Translations under genes and position numbers: made by a program | Shown: positions 36,193 through 47,463 of the stretch, piece after piece | How positions within the stretch are numbered: the stretch's first letter is position 1 | Layout: each line of letters begins with the position of its first letter | Notes under the pieces: model-generated | Told to the model about the DNA's origin: nothing | Databases searched by the model: none | Seen by the model: the letters and a program-made list of their open reading frames with translations, nothing else | DNA from: Neophaeotheca triangularis | Taxonomy: Eukaryota | Assembly (NCBI GenBank): GCA_054600435.1 | Contig: BAAIJX010000024.1 | Location: 186,001-250,000 of the forward strand | Direction of reading: 5' to 3' | Length of the DNA: 64,000 bases

Positions 36193-37668
36193 ATGGCTGT
36201 CGACGCGCCCAGCCCTCATCTCGCCCCTTCTCAGGCCAGAGGACAAACATCATCGCAGGCTACCAAAGCGCCTGCATCTTCGCGTAGGTATAGTTCGAAA
36301 GGCCCGGATTACGTTTTGCCACTGACTTATTGGGATACAGATCGCTTGCCCACCGTCTCGGCTTCGGCGGCTCTAAGCCAGCTCACTGCCGCCAATCGAG
36401 CTTCTGGCGTTCCTACTGGTCTCACAGGGCTGGATGCTTTTCTTGTCGGGGGAGGGAATGAGGCCCCCTTGAGTTCTGCTACCGCTACTGCTGTGGGTGG
36501 CGGATTTGAACGTGGCAAGGTTTTTGAGGTTTGGGGGCCTAGTGGTGCGGGCAAGACTGGGATTGCGTGAGTGGCAAATTCACTTATGTTCGCTGAGAGA
36601 CTGGGGAGGAAGCAAGGCTGATTTTGGCGATCACAGACTGCAGACAGCTGTACTTGCGCTGCATCGTGGAGAGCATGTCGTATGGATTGGTGAGTTCCGC
36701 GTGCTTCCAAGTTCGTCCTTGCCCGACTAGCAGATCTAACATACGCCCTCTCAGACGCCTCCAAGCCCCTCCCAGGTCCCCGACTTCAAGCAGCTCTCTC
36801 CGCTACACCCCCGCAAGATACTACCAACACTTCCCCTTACCCCTTGAACAACTTCCACCACACAACAACCCCAACCCTCTCCCACCTCCTCGCCCTTCTC
36901 CTCTACCCTCCCGACACCTTTCCCCCACCCCACACTAGCCTCCTAATTATCGACGGCCTCCCCACCCTTCTCGACCTCGACTACCCCCGCACCTTCCCCT
37001 CCAGCGCCAAGACCGACGCCCAGCGCTGGGCCTCCAGCCGCCGCTACGCTGTTCTAGGCACCCTCTCGTCCGCTCTAGCCAAACTAGCCATCGTCCACGA
37101 TCTCGCCATCGTAGTGACGACAGGCTGCGCGACGCGCGGCAGGGGCGAGGCGGGTTTGGGTTCAGTCCTTGTGCCGGGTTTGGGTGGCAAGGAGTGGGAG
37201 GCTGGGGTCGCGGGGCGGATGGTTGTTTTTAGGGATTTTGAACGGAATGGGGATGGGGGAGAGGGGCTTTGGGTTGGCGTGCAGAAGGTCAGGGGGAAGA
37301 GGGTTGTCGGGATTGGTGGCGAGGGGGAGGGTGCAGTGGGTAAGGTTTTTGCATTTGAGAGGGTTGCTGAGGCAGAGAGAGGAGTAGCGCTTAGAGAGCC
37401 GCTGGTGGCTGCTGCGGGTACGGGGAATGGGGAAGTGGCCGTTCCGGATGCAGCGGTGTTGCCGAAGAGGTCTAGTGTCGGTGCTGTGGCTTCCGTGTCT
37501 CCCGTCAAAGAGGCCAGAAGTCGGAAGAGGGTCTTTGAGGAGATTGCGGATTCCGAGGGCGAGGATGAGTTTGGCTGGTCGGGCAATGACGACGAAGAGG
37601 CTATGGGGGTACACGAGGATCTCATTGCTGGTGAACAGGCTGCTACCCAGGCCAGCGGTGCTTCGTGA
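36193..37668 (+). CDS. RAD55: Rad51 paralog, Rad55/Rhp55-like DNA repair protein; introns 36284-36340, 36567-36636, 36690-36754
   Basis: Spliced model gives SHRLPTVSASAAL..TGLTGLD..GGFERGKVFEVWGPSGAGKT (Walker A)..HVVWIDAS..TPTLSHLLALL..LLIID (Walker B). All three introns are phase-consistent. Confidence 0.85.
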
Positions 37669-38929
37669 TCCAAATTTCTGGATCTGATGCTTCTACCGTC
37701 GCCGGCACTATCTTGGAGGGCGCAACCGTGGACGTCAATGAGCTGGAATATCAAACGTCTCCGCTCGCGACAAGGGTGCTAAGAGACCGCCCCACGGCCG
37801 ACACCTTCAGTCACCGGGCCTCCTTCTGTATCACTACGATCACTCGAAGGCGCAAAAAGCCCTCAACGACTTGGCGAAACCACGACATCTCTTCACGAGC
37901 GTAAACGCCAAAATGCAATACACGGGTTTTGCACATCGGTTTTCGAAAATGCCGAATCGAGCTCACTGTATAGCGGCACCACAATTTTCAATTGGCACCT
38001 CAATACCTCGAGACTGCCCGCGCGTCGGCTCACCCGATTTTTGATGAGCTTTTCTAGTTGATTACTGTCGTTCTTTGCTGAATGATAGTGCAGTCCGCGC
38101 GCGAAATGGTAAGTAGTGGGCCTTTCTGTTCACAACATAGTCTGCGGATACGGATTTGAGGTCGATACTTTCTGGACTATACTCCAGCTACTAAACGACA
38201 TATTAAACTCAACTCAGCTCAACTGATCGCCGCAACCCATCGACATTGCATGATCGCCGATTGCAAAAGTTCCCATTTACACGCTGCATCGGAAGCACGC
38301 CGGCTATACAACGCTCATCTCTCCGCTCAGTGGGGGAGAAAATCCACTTGAAGTGAGCAATTCCTACAAACAGACCGCCGAAACTATCATTGCTAATATC
38401 CATATTGCATTAACGCCGACTACAGAAGCCATTTACATACTACTACACTAAAGCAAGCTCGCGGCACAGTCAAGCGCTTACACCAACTCTAACACTAAGC
38501 AGTATTTGTCGGGATTTCGATTCGCATCTTTTCTCGACTTACTAGATCTTGTCACCGCATACGAGCTTTGTGTTTCAACCTGGCTGTGCTTCTGTGGCGC
38601 TCGGCGGTAAAGTCACTTTCTTTGCTGTTGCCGGTAGAGGTTTCCGTTGTAGACGAGCTGCCGAGTTGGCGCTTCGGTGAGTCGATCGCTTGCGTGGATG
38701 TTGGGAGAGCTATTACGATACAGCCGCGACGGTAATACTTGAACCATGGAGGCGAGTGCTGGGAATATAGCTCTCGGTTCTCAGTTTTCCTTTATTTACA
38801 GAGTCGTTGCTCTTACGTCTTCACCCATTCTATACGTTCTTTCTAGAACACATCGACTACGTCGTCCAGTAACGCTTGAGGTCCTCCTTGCCTATGACCA
38901 TCGTACTACCGTAGCCTTTAAAAATACTC

Positions 38930-39890
38930 TCCTCTAGTCTATACCCATGAGGATGCGCACTAAGCATTCGTTCGCTCTCTACGCTTCGATCCAGCTCGCC
39001 CTCATCCTGATCGCCAATTCCCTAGCAATGTCAGCAATCGGATAAACACTGCAAGTCTCCCCGTCGCCTGCACTGGCAAAAGAAGCCACAGCAGCCAGCA
39101 TTGCCGCCTATCAACAGCAACAACGACAGCCGCTCTTCGAACTCGACCTAAAACCAAGCCAACATCAACCAACCTACTCGACGATGTTGCGGCAAGCATC
39201 CTCATCTCCTCTCCGACTGAAACGAGCCGCACGACCTCCGCTTCCTCTAAAACAGTCACCACGACCACAACCGCCACGGCAGAACCAGAACTCTCCCCTT
39301 TCCCAGCTCTAGCAACTGCCCGGCCTCAAACCCGCAACGAAGCAGCATGCGCTTTCTGTCGAATCTGGCATGGTTGCAAAAGCGGCGAACCGAGTTGGCA
39401 CGTATAATCTAGCGCCCTCGTCATCCCCTTAGCAGTTTCTCTAGGTCGTCGGAGTCCGGAAACCCTGCTTTCCTATCGGGTAACTGCGTCGAGAGATTAC
39501 GCGGCCCGGCTAGGGTAGTGCTAACGCTGAATGCGTAGTTTCTCCTGCGACTCCGCACCCTTTTGCGAGTGCTGAGCAAGTAATACTACTGAGGGCTAGC
39601 GCGAGTAAATTCGGGACCTCGAGGGACGAGCGCGAGAGAGTTTTTTTCGATGAGCTAGGTGTGTCAGTGTATATAGGAGGACGCTGCTAGTGATCTTGTA
39701 GCCGCTACCTATGTCCTCAAAACTAGCTATTTGTAGTAGATAGATTTCGAGTGATGTGTATACTTGACCCCCTCGAGGTCGGATAAACGACTACTCGAAG
39801 AAAATTAAGGTGCTAAAGTAAGTAGACCTCTTTATTCAACTCTTTGTCATTGAATAAGCTAATGCTAAAGAAGAGCTTACCAGTTAGTCC
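38930..39890 (+). pseudogene. Degenerate gene remnant at the edge of the RIP region, possibly with a broken Zn-cluster-like motif
   Basis: Open frame of about 145 codons ending AACAFCRIWHGCKSGEPSWHV*, bounded by TAA stops compatible with CAA>TAA; intron-like GTAAGT..GCTAAT..AAG at about 39818-39870. Confidence 0.3.
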
Positions 39891-40214
39891 CTTGTTCTTA
39901 AATAAGCCTACTTACATACAAAAACTTATAGCTAAGAAATATATCACTTATAGGCATATAAGAAGATTAATATAGCTAACAACGTATTCATAATAATATA
40001 TCGTCTTAAAGTAGGTTAACTTTCTATTGTTAAAATTTGTTAAAATTTGTGTATAGTTATTCAAAAATGTAAGGGCCGTACTAGAAGTGTAGAACAACAA
40101 AAAATCGAACGATACCCTAGCGCTAGGAACAATTACAAGTATATGTATTATAAGACATAAGGGTAGTCAAAGTAGTACTACGTAGTCTAGGCTCTCTAAA
40201 CTCCCTAAGACATA

Positions 40215-40900
40215 CATTAACTACGCTATAACTTAGAGCATAGAAAGCGAGCTACGAAATGCCCTAGCCCTCCCTATAAGTAAGTAGTACGAGCCGACGC
40301 TATAGATACACTTAGAAGGTAAAGGCTTATCTAATCGCAGCTAGAGAATTACTCGATATCGTTAGGTAGATCCTCGAGTAGTAGTACTAAGTTCGTAGAC
40401 ATATTAGTTAGGAGATCTTAAAAAGTATTATAGAGGTAAGGAGAGACTTTATACCTTAGGTAGCCTTTATGCCTTCGATTATAGCTTAAAGAGCTTCTAA
40501 GATGTCCTATTATCCGTCGTAGCTTCTACGTTTAATAGCGCGCTTAAGGATAGCGACAGTTTAATTAAGGGTTACTAGTACTATAGTCCTATATATATTA
40601 CCTACTACCTCGGCGAGCTTAGGATCTTCCTCGCTTCCTAAGGCTAGTACGTCGATAGTAGCTTCGATAATAGCGCTAGTTCGAGCGTCGGTAATTTCTA
40701 GACTCGGTTAGATAATTCTAGGCCCTATAATATAACTAGAATTTACTATTAAAGGTAGTATAAGGCCTAGCTACTACGTAATATATAGAGTCGATATTTA
40801 AGCGGATCGAGGGTTTAGCTATTTTTAACGGTTCGAGCTAAACATTAAATTACTAGTAGTAGAATAGCGCCTAGGGCCCTATAACTACGACACGTCGGTA
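40215..40900 (-). pseudogene. RIP-destroyed gene of unknown function with an intron at about 40432-40384
   Basis: Frame LEITDARTSAIIEATIDVLALGSEEDPKLAEVVG...LEAL(Q)AIIEG interrupted only by TAA/TAG. Ends approximate. Confidence 0.5.
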
Positions 40901-41278
40901 AGTACCTAATTGCATAGTTTTATCGTGTTAAAATCAGGTACTACTAGCATGTTTAGCTCTAGACTACACCCTACTAATACTATTAATTATCCCTAAGGTA
41001 TAACCTATAAGGTTTACTAAGTACGGTCCCTTATTAATATAGTAAAGGCCGTACCTATATATAAGTCTAGTATTATATGTATTCTAAATAGGCATTTCCC
41101 TTATCTTCCCTATAATCGGAGTAACGCGCTAGACTAAATGAAGTAGGGTAGGTAACGTAGGGCTAAGCCTCTAGCGCGAGCTATACTAAGAGTAGATAGA
41201 GACTTTATGTCTATAGGTAGTTCGAGTCTTAAGGTAAATACGAGTATATAGGTAACTACTAACTAACTTAAATAGAAA

Positions 41279-41836
41279 ATGCCTCGTAAATTACTTGCTA
41301 GAAAACAGCTTTAAGGAAACTTCTGCCTATACGTTAAGACTATAGCCCTCTCCCTCTACTACCTCCCTAAAATGCTACCTTAGAAGGCTATAGAACTTAC
41401 TAGCCGTACTTACGTTAAAGATAACAACCTTATCTACCGCCTAATACTAGAATTCGCTTAAGGTCGTCGAGAAAGTATATTATACCTTTATATACTAACT
41501 AGAAGCTTTCGAGACTTCGTACTTAGCCTAAGCTTCTTTACCGTAGCTATTCTAAGCTAAATCCGCTATTATCGCTACGATAAACTTAGAGCTCCTATAA
41601 AAGACTACTAACGGTCTACCTTAACCTTCGTACTAATTAACGGCTAGGAACTAGAAGGTCGTAGTAAGCTTTTCGGTATCTTCTTCTAAGCTCTCGTAGG
41701 CCGTAAATATAATAGGAAGAGCCTTCTCTAGAGAGCTAGTAATAGAGTTAGTAGTTAGTTATACGAAAGGTTATAGGTAGTTAAACAGGAGGACTTACTC
41801 TTATAACAGGAAGTCGATACTACTACTTATCATTAA
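41279..41836 (+). pseudogene. RIP-destroyed gene of unknown function
   Basis: ATG CCT CGT... frame of about 185 codons with only TAA/TAG interruptions. Confidence 0.45.
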
Positions 41837-42802
41837 GCGCTAATACGGGGTATAGCTCTAGTATACTATAGCCTAGTTAGCCTCCTACGTAGTATCGGTA
41901 TAATACGCGTACTAGGCCGCGAATCCTATTCTATACCGTATCTTGCCTATAGCTTATATACTAGTAAAGTAGAGGGCTTAGGAAGTTAAGGGGCTATAAA
42001 GAGAATTTGTTATATTATAGCGATAATTATTAGAAGATAGTACTACTACTATAGCTAGTAGAAGTGCCGAGACCCTAGACGACTTAAGCTTAAGGTATAC
42101 TATCTAATCCCGAGCTAGAAGCGCTAGGTCCGAGAAGTTAGTAGTAGTCGGCACGGAGACGAATACGGGTAGTAGGGTTCTAGCTAAACGTAGGACGGCT
42201 AGGGCGTTAGTATAAAGCTCGGCCTAAGATCTAGTTAACGTCTAGGTCTCCTTAACTTTAGCCTTCTCCTCCTTACTAGAAGATAGCGCTAGGGAAGATA
42301 CTTTAGGAGATACTCGTTTAGTAAGAAAACGATACCGCGTTTAAATACTATACCTTAGCCTACCTAATACCTTAGCGATATCTACCTAACGACCTCCTTT
42401 ATCCTTAAATTACAAGATCTATTAGTCCTCTTCGTCTTTAAATACGCGCGCGCGGGTCTTTTACTTTTTACCTATATACTTAGCCTTATCCTCTTCGCGC
42501 TAGTATTAGGCCTCGTAAGATTTAGGAGTCCTACTAGGGAGCTAGTCTACGATAGCGGCCTAGCTTAGTCCCTACGTAACTCCCGCGTATAATATTTATA
42601 TTTTATTACTATCCTACTCTAGTCGACTAACGTTATACTATTTAACGTTAAGGATAGTACTTATTATAACTAAGCCTCGATAATTAGCTCCCGCTATATA
42701 TCGAGTAGTCGTAAGATTAGCGACGTTAGTTAGTAATTAGTCTATAGGCATTAAAGTGTCCCTAGGTTCGCTTTTTAAGGCTAGGGTAGGAGGTAAAGAC
42801 AT
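41830..42802 (-). pseudogene. RIP-destroyed Myb/SANT-domain gene (two repeats at about 42625-42320)
   Basis: Raw translation GLS*AAIVD*LPSRTPKSYEA*Y*RE and FKDEED**IL*FKDKGGR*VDIAKVLGRLRYSI*TRYRFL. Reversing transitions gives classic Myb repeats (LSWAAIADQLPGRTPKSCEAQY; EEDQQIL..K..G.RWVDIA..LGR). Confidence 0.8.
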
Positions 42803-42941
42803 AGAGGTAGAGGGTAAGGTAGGCGAGGATAAGTACTTCCGCTTTTTCGAAGAGTTAGCTACTAAACTAGCTAAGTTTCTACCTACTCGTATCCTAGAAT
42901 GCTCGACTAACGGCTAAGATATAACATGTAGATTAAATAAG

Positions 42942-45550
42942 ATGTCTAGACTTTAGCTAGAGAGTATACTAACTATAAAGGAAGAGGTTAGGGTATTTAA
43001 ATATTATTAGTAGAAACGTACTCTAGTAAAACACCTAGCGAATAATATATCTTACTAGGATACTCCTAGATCCTTCTACGAACGTACTAGGGATACTAGG
43101 GGAATAGAAGCTATATATCGGTTAGGCTACTAGGGTCTAGAAATGCCTTAGTAATATAGAGAGCCCTAGGGCCTTCTACTATAAGGCTTACTAGTACCGC
43201 GTAGGTATTACTAGAAGATTAAAACTACGGTAAGCTTTATCTAATAGCTCTTAATTATTTGCGATATAAGTCTTAGGCTACTACAATTGTTATACTCTAG
43301 TATAAGCGGCAATCTAGGCACTTTAGTATAGAAACTACTATAGCCCCTTAGTCTTTAATGTAGAAGTCGCTCTTTTTCTAAGGTATCTATCGCTCTATAA
43401 GGGGACGTTTTTAGACGTAATAGGACGCTACTATAGCGGAGTATAGGATTTAGAGGATACTTTAAGGCCTACGCTCTACTATAACCGTAAATAGTAGACG
43501 GAGAGAAGTACGGCTCGCTATAAGAGGTAAGTTTAGGAGCTAGATCTATAAGTTACTAATCTAACGAGGGATAGGGTACGAGTTCTCCCTATCCGACTTT
43601 ACTCTAATCGTACTATCGTTAGACTCTATGGATATACTACCCGAAAGTATCGCCGAGTTTAAGCTTATCTTATAGTAGACGAAGAAACCCGCTTAGCGCT
43701 ATATACGCTTCTTATATATCGATAGGAAAATGTGCTGGCTAAGCTAAGCTTAGCTTATCGATAGCTACGACGATAAGGTAGCGCGAAGGATACCTTATAT
43801 CTAGGTAAAGGGAAGTAATAGGGAAGGACGGACGATACTAGTAGACGGAAGTATATAACCTAACTACGAGGTCGTCGTAGTTATTATAGAAGGGCTCCTA
43901 GAGTAAATAGCGCTAGTACCTATAGCGGTATAGCTAGAGAAGGCGAATACTTCCTATAGGCTAGAACTAGTAACCGCTTAGGCGCTATACTAGATTTTAC
44001 CTTTCCTAGTCGATACTAGTAGTATGTAAAGCGTATTAACTAACCTGATTATGGTAACTCTTACCCCTAGTTCTTACTACTAGAATCCTACGACGGGTAT
44101 ACGATTCGATAGATAGTAGCCTTGACTTATAAGCTTACCTAACCTCCGTTTAGTAACTACGAGTAAGCGAGAGTAGACGTTAGACGTATTAGTTTTCAAA
44201 TTCTTCGAAGAAGTTAAGAGTATCCCTAGCTATAAAATCTACCTAAACCCTCTTTAACTAGCCTTATTCGATTTCTTTGTCTACATTCCTAGTATAGGCT
44301 AGCTGTCCTTCGAATTCAAATATTCTTCGAGAACGGTTATAGACACGATATAGGACATCCGAGAACGGCGCTACCCCTTTAGTAATACACGGGCCTAGAT
44401 TATCTACTACTACGTCTATATAGACAGCTATATCTACATCTCGCGCGACGAAGTAGATTATCGTTAGGCTCGAGAGGGTAGCCTTCTATCTAGGAAGCTA
44501 CCGGCCGAGTTCGTTATAAACTATCGCTTTAAAACTTTCCGCTACGCCCTTAGGTATATTAAGTTATATGTAGAGTAGGCTAGACTTACCGTAAATAGCG
44601 TAATCTACGCTATTCGACCCTCTAATACCTACTATAGCTTCGATTAGGATCTTATCGATAGTCGTCTTAACGATATACTCGAATCGTCGTTAGACCTTAG
44701 CCTACTCTAGAACCTTAAGTACACTTAACTAACTCTCCCCTAGGTAAGCGGTATTATTAACGATTAGTACGCGAGGCTACACTTTACTATATGTCTAGCG
44801 CTAGGGCCGGGTTATCCCTAGGCGACTTACGTATTTATCCGCTACTACTAGACTTATATAGAAGTGTATACCTACTGCCGCCGTAGAGTCTTACCCTTTA
44901 AGATAAGTTCTAAGCTAATCTAAGACCGCGAATACATCCTACTACGTTTAGAAGATTATACTTACCCTAGTAATATCGACCCTATATAGTACCCTATAGT
45001 AATTAGACGCGCCTAGTAGAGGAAGCCTACGGAAGGGGTACCTAAATTCTTTATTATCGGAAGTATCTTAGAGAGTACTATCTTAGAGAAGGTAGAGGTA
45101 CGCTCGTCGCTATATGTCTTTATACTATCTAGCTTTACTAAGCTCTCTACTACTAAGTAGAGCCTACTAGTAGCGGACGAAGTATAAAAGGTACGCGGAA
45201 GCTACTACTTTAACTATTCGGCGAGAAGAGAGCTAGATATAGAGGGTCTCGCTTAGCTAAGTAGGAGGGGTAGCGTTATTTTTAAACGAGTACTCTTAGA
45301 TAACGGCATTAATCCCCTTCGATATATTACTAATCTCGCCGACGGCGCCATTAATTGCTAGCTTCGTACTATCTTAGAGGCCTAAACTAACATTTCTATA
45401 TATAGTCGTACTAGCTTACCCGGAGCTAACCGTATGTTCGACCTAAGCGAGTACCGAACGAAGGTACGCCTCGCTATATAGGCTTACTAGGACTTTAGCT
45501 ATAAGTACTTTTGCTATAGAATCTTAGTATATACCTACTAATATTCTTAT
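42942..45550 (+). pseudogene. RIP-destroyed gene of about 830 codons with two PD-(D/E)XK-like motifs; introns 43230-43276 and 43527-43574
   Basis: Exons of 288 nt and 250 nt join in phase to a long third exon. Motifs SDFTL...IAEFK (43592-43663) and FDFFV...SFEFK (44267-44320) lie in one frame. The gene is well supported; the nuclease call is tentative. Confidence 0.65.
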
Positions 45551-45589
45551 TAGACGAGAAGATAGGAAGGGGCTTCTTATAGGGAGCTT

Positions 45590-46181
45590 AATTGTCGGTT
45601 ACCGGTAGAGTAAGAAGCTTAGAGGTATTAATGTTATACGATAGACTACATAATAGCTATATCGAGGTCATTACGTCCTTACCTAGCCTAGCTCCTATAG
45701 GTAACGCTACTACCGACTATCTTCGGCCTTCTAAGAGTTACGTTGTATCCTACCTATTCTACCTTACCCTTATCACTACTATTCCCTATCGCTAGCTCCG
45801 TATAAGAGGTACTACTTTAGGAGACGCTCTAGCTATCTTTATAAAGACGCTCGCTAAGACCTTTATCGAGCTCCTCTACCCCTTCTAGTAAGGCTAATAC
45901 CTAGATACGTAGATCATTAATCTAGGCCTCGTAGTCGCCGTAAGTATTATAGTAATCGACGTAAGGGTCCCCGGTGTTCTTATAATCCTTAACGGTTAGG
46001 ACATAGTTTAAAAGCTTACTATAGATCCGAGCGAGTATCTAGCGTACCTCCTTATTAATAGAGATATATGACTTAAAGCCCTATTAGTTAAGATCCCTAT
46101 AGAAGGTTATAGTAGTAGTCGAAATTATAGAAGCTACTAGAGACTTAGGAATCTTTAAGGATTAGTACTTATTAAAACATG
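45590..46181 (-). pseudogene. RIP-destroyed gene of unknown function
   Basis: Frame FKSYISINKEVR*ILARIYSKLLNYVL...INDLRI*VLALLEGVEELDKGLSERL. Confidence 0.45.
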
Positions 46182-46526
46182 CTTCTTACGGTTAATCTTA
46201 CTCGGAAGGCTACTAAAAGACGAAGCTATCTAAATGTAGTAGAAAGCTTAGGGTTAATTAGAGTAGTAAAGGATTATCGTCTTATTATTCTTTTCTATTA
46301 TAGGGCGAGGAAGCGGCTACTAATAACGTTAGACTCGTCGCCCTAATCGAGCTATACGAGACATTAGTAGATATATAGTTTAGTTACCCCTTATAATGTC
46401 TAGCTAGCTATTAAGACATAGGCGTATTAGTACTTTTAACAATGTTAACCAGATAAACTCGGCGTCTATCGAAGGATAGTCCGCAAATATCGACGGATAG
46501 TAACGGGAAAACTCGTAAGCTAAAGC

Positions 46527-46749
46527 TATAAGACCGAGACTATGACTCGGTCGGGATCACGGCGGAGCGAGGGCGGAGCGTAATAATGGTAACAACAGTA
46601 ACAGTCCTTTAATATAGAAACTATTCGATAGTAGATAGGATACTTCACTGTTAGCTATCTCATATACTTTCGCAGTATGTACGCTTAGCATTCCCGAGCT
46701 ACTCCGTAGCTTAGGCCGCCGATGTCCCGCTAGTACTACGGTCGTAACA
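46527..46749 (-). repeat. 3' LTR (223 bp)
   Basis: Aligns without gaps to 54068-54290. About 22 differences by manual count, all C/T or G/A transitions. Termini TA..CA here and TA..TA in the other LTR fit RIP-altered TG..CA. Confidence 0.97.
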
Positions 46750-46764
46750 ATTACCTCCCTCTCC
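46750..46764 (-). other. Polypurine tract
   Basis: Minus strand reads GGAGAGGGAGGTAAT immediately before the 3' LTR. Confidence 0.85.
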
Positions 46765-47463
46765 GGTAGCTCGTCCTCGAGCCGGCACTTATAAGCATAG
46801 TTATGCGAGATCCGTTATAGCGCGTATATCGGCATCCTCGTTAAAAACCTCGGTAGTGTCTTTACTAAGGAAAAGAGTAATACCGCGTACCGCTATCGCA
46901 CCGTCGGGTCCCTAGAGTGAATTTACCCTAAACCTGAGTTCGCTACGGCGAGGTGCGTTATCGTCGCGATAAGCGGTATTAACGGCTACGTGGCGGTGAT
47001 CTAGCGGAGCGGTAATTACTAGCGGAGCCTTAGCGTAATTACGCTATAATTACGCGGAGGTAACCTACTAGCCGCTTCTCTTTCGAAGACTTCCTCCTTT
47101 TAACTATAATAATAATAATAGCCTCTACTCCGTCGTAGTCCCTTCGGCATACCGGTTTGCCTTTTAACAAGGTGATCTTCTTTATCGGTAAGTGAACTTT
47201 AGTTCTTTATGTATACGCTACCGTCGGTCCGCATACGGTTCCTATTGTTCTTCGACAATGAAACTAACCTTACCTAGTTTCCTATTATTACCTACTTCCG
47301 GTAACCTTTCGAAAACCTTACCTAGCGCGGTTTAACAAAAAGGCGCTCCTCGTACCTCCGACACCTTCTTTCCTTCTTTATCGACTACTTTTTTCGCGAT
47401 CTCGCTATCGCCCTTTTTCGCCAGCTTTATTCACTACCTTTATTACTCCGCCGCTATTCTATT

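Noticed and set aside
45592..45795. Plus-strand 67-aa track ORF
   Set aside because: Chance open frame antisense to a better-supported minus-strand pseudogene.
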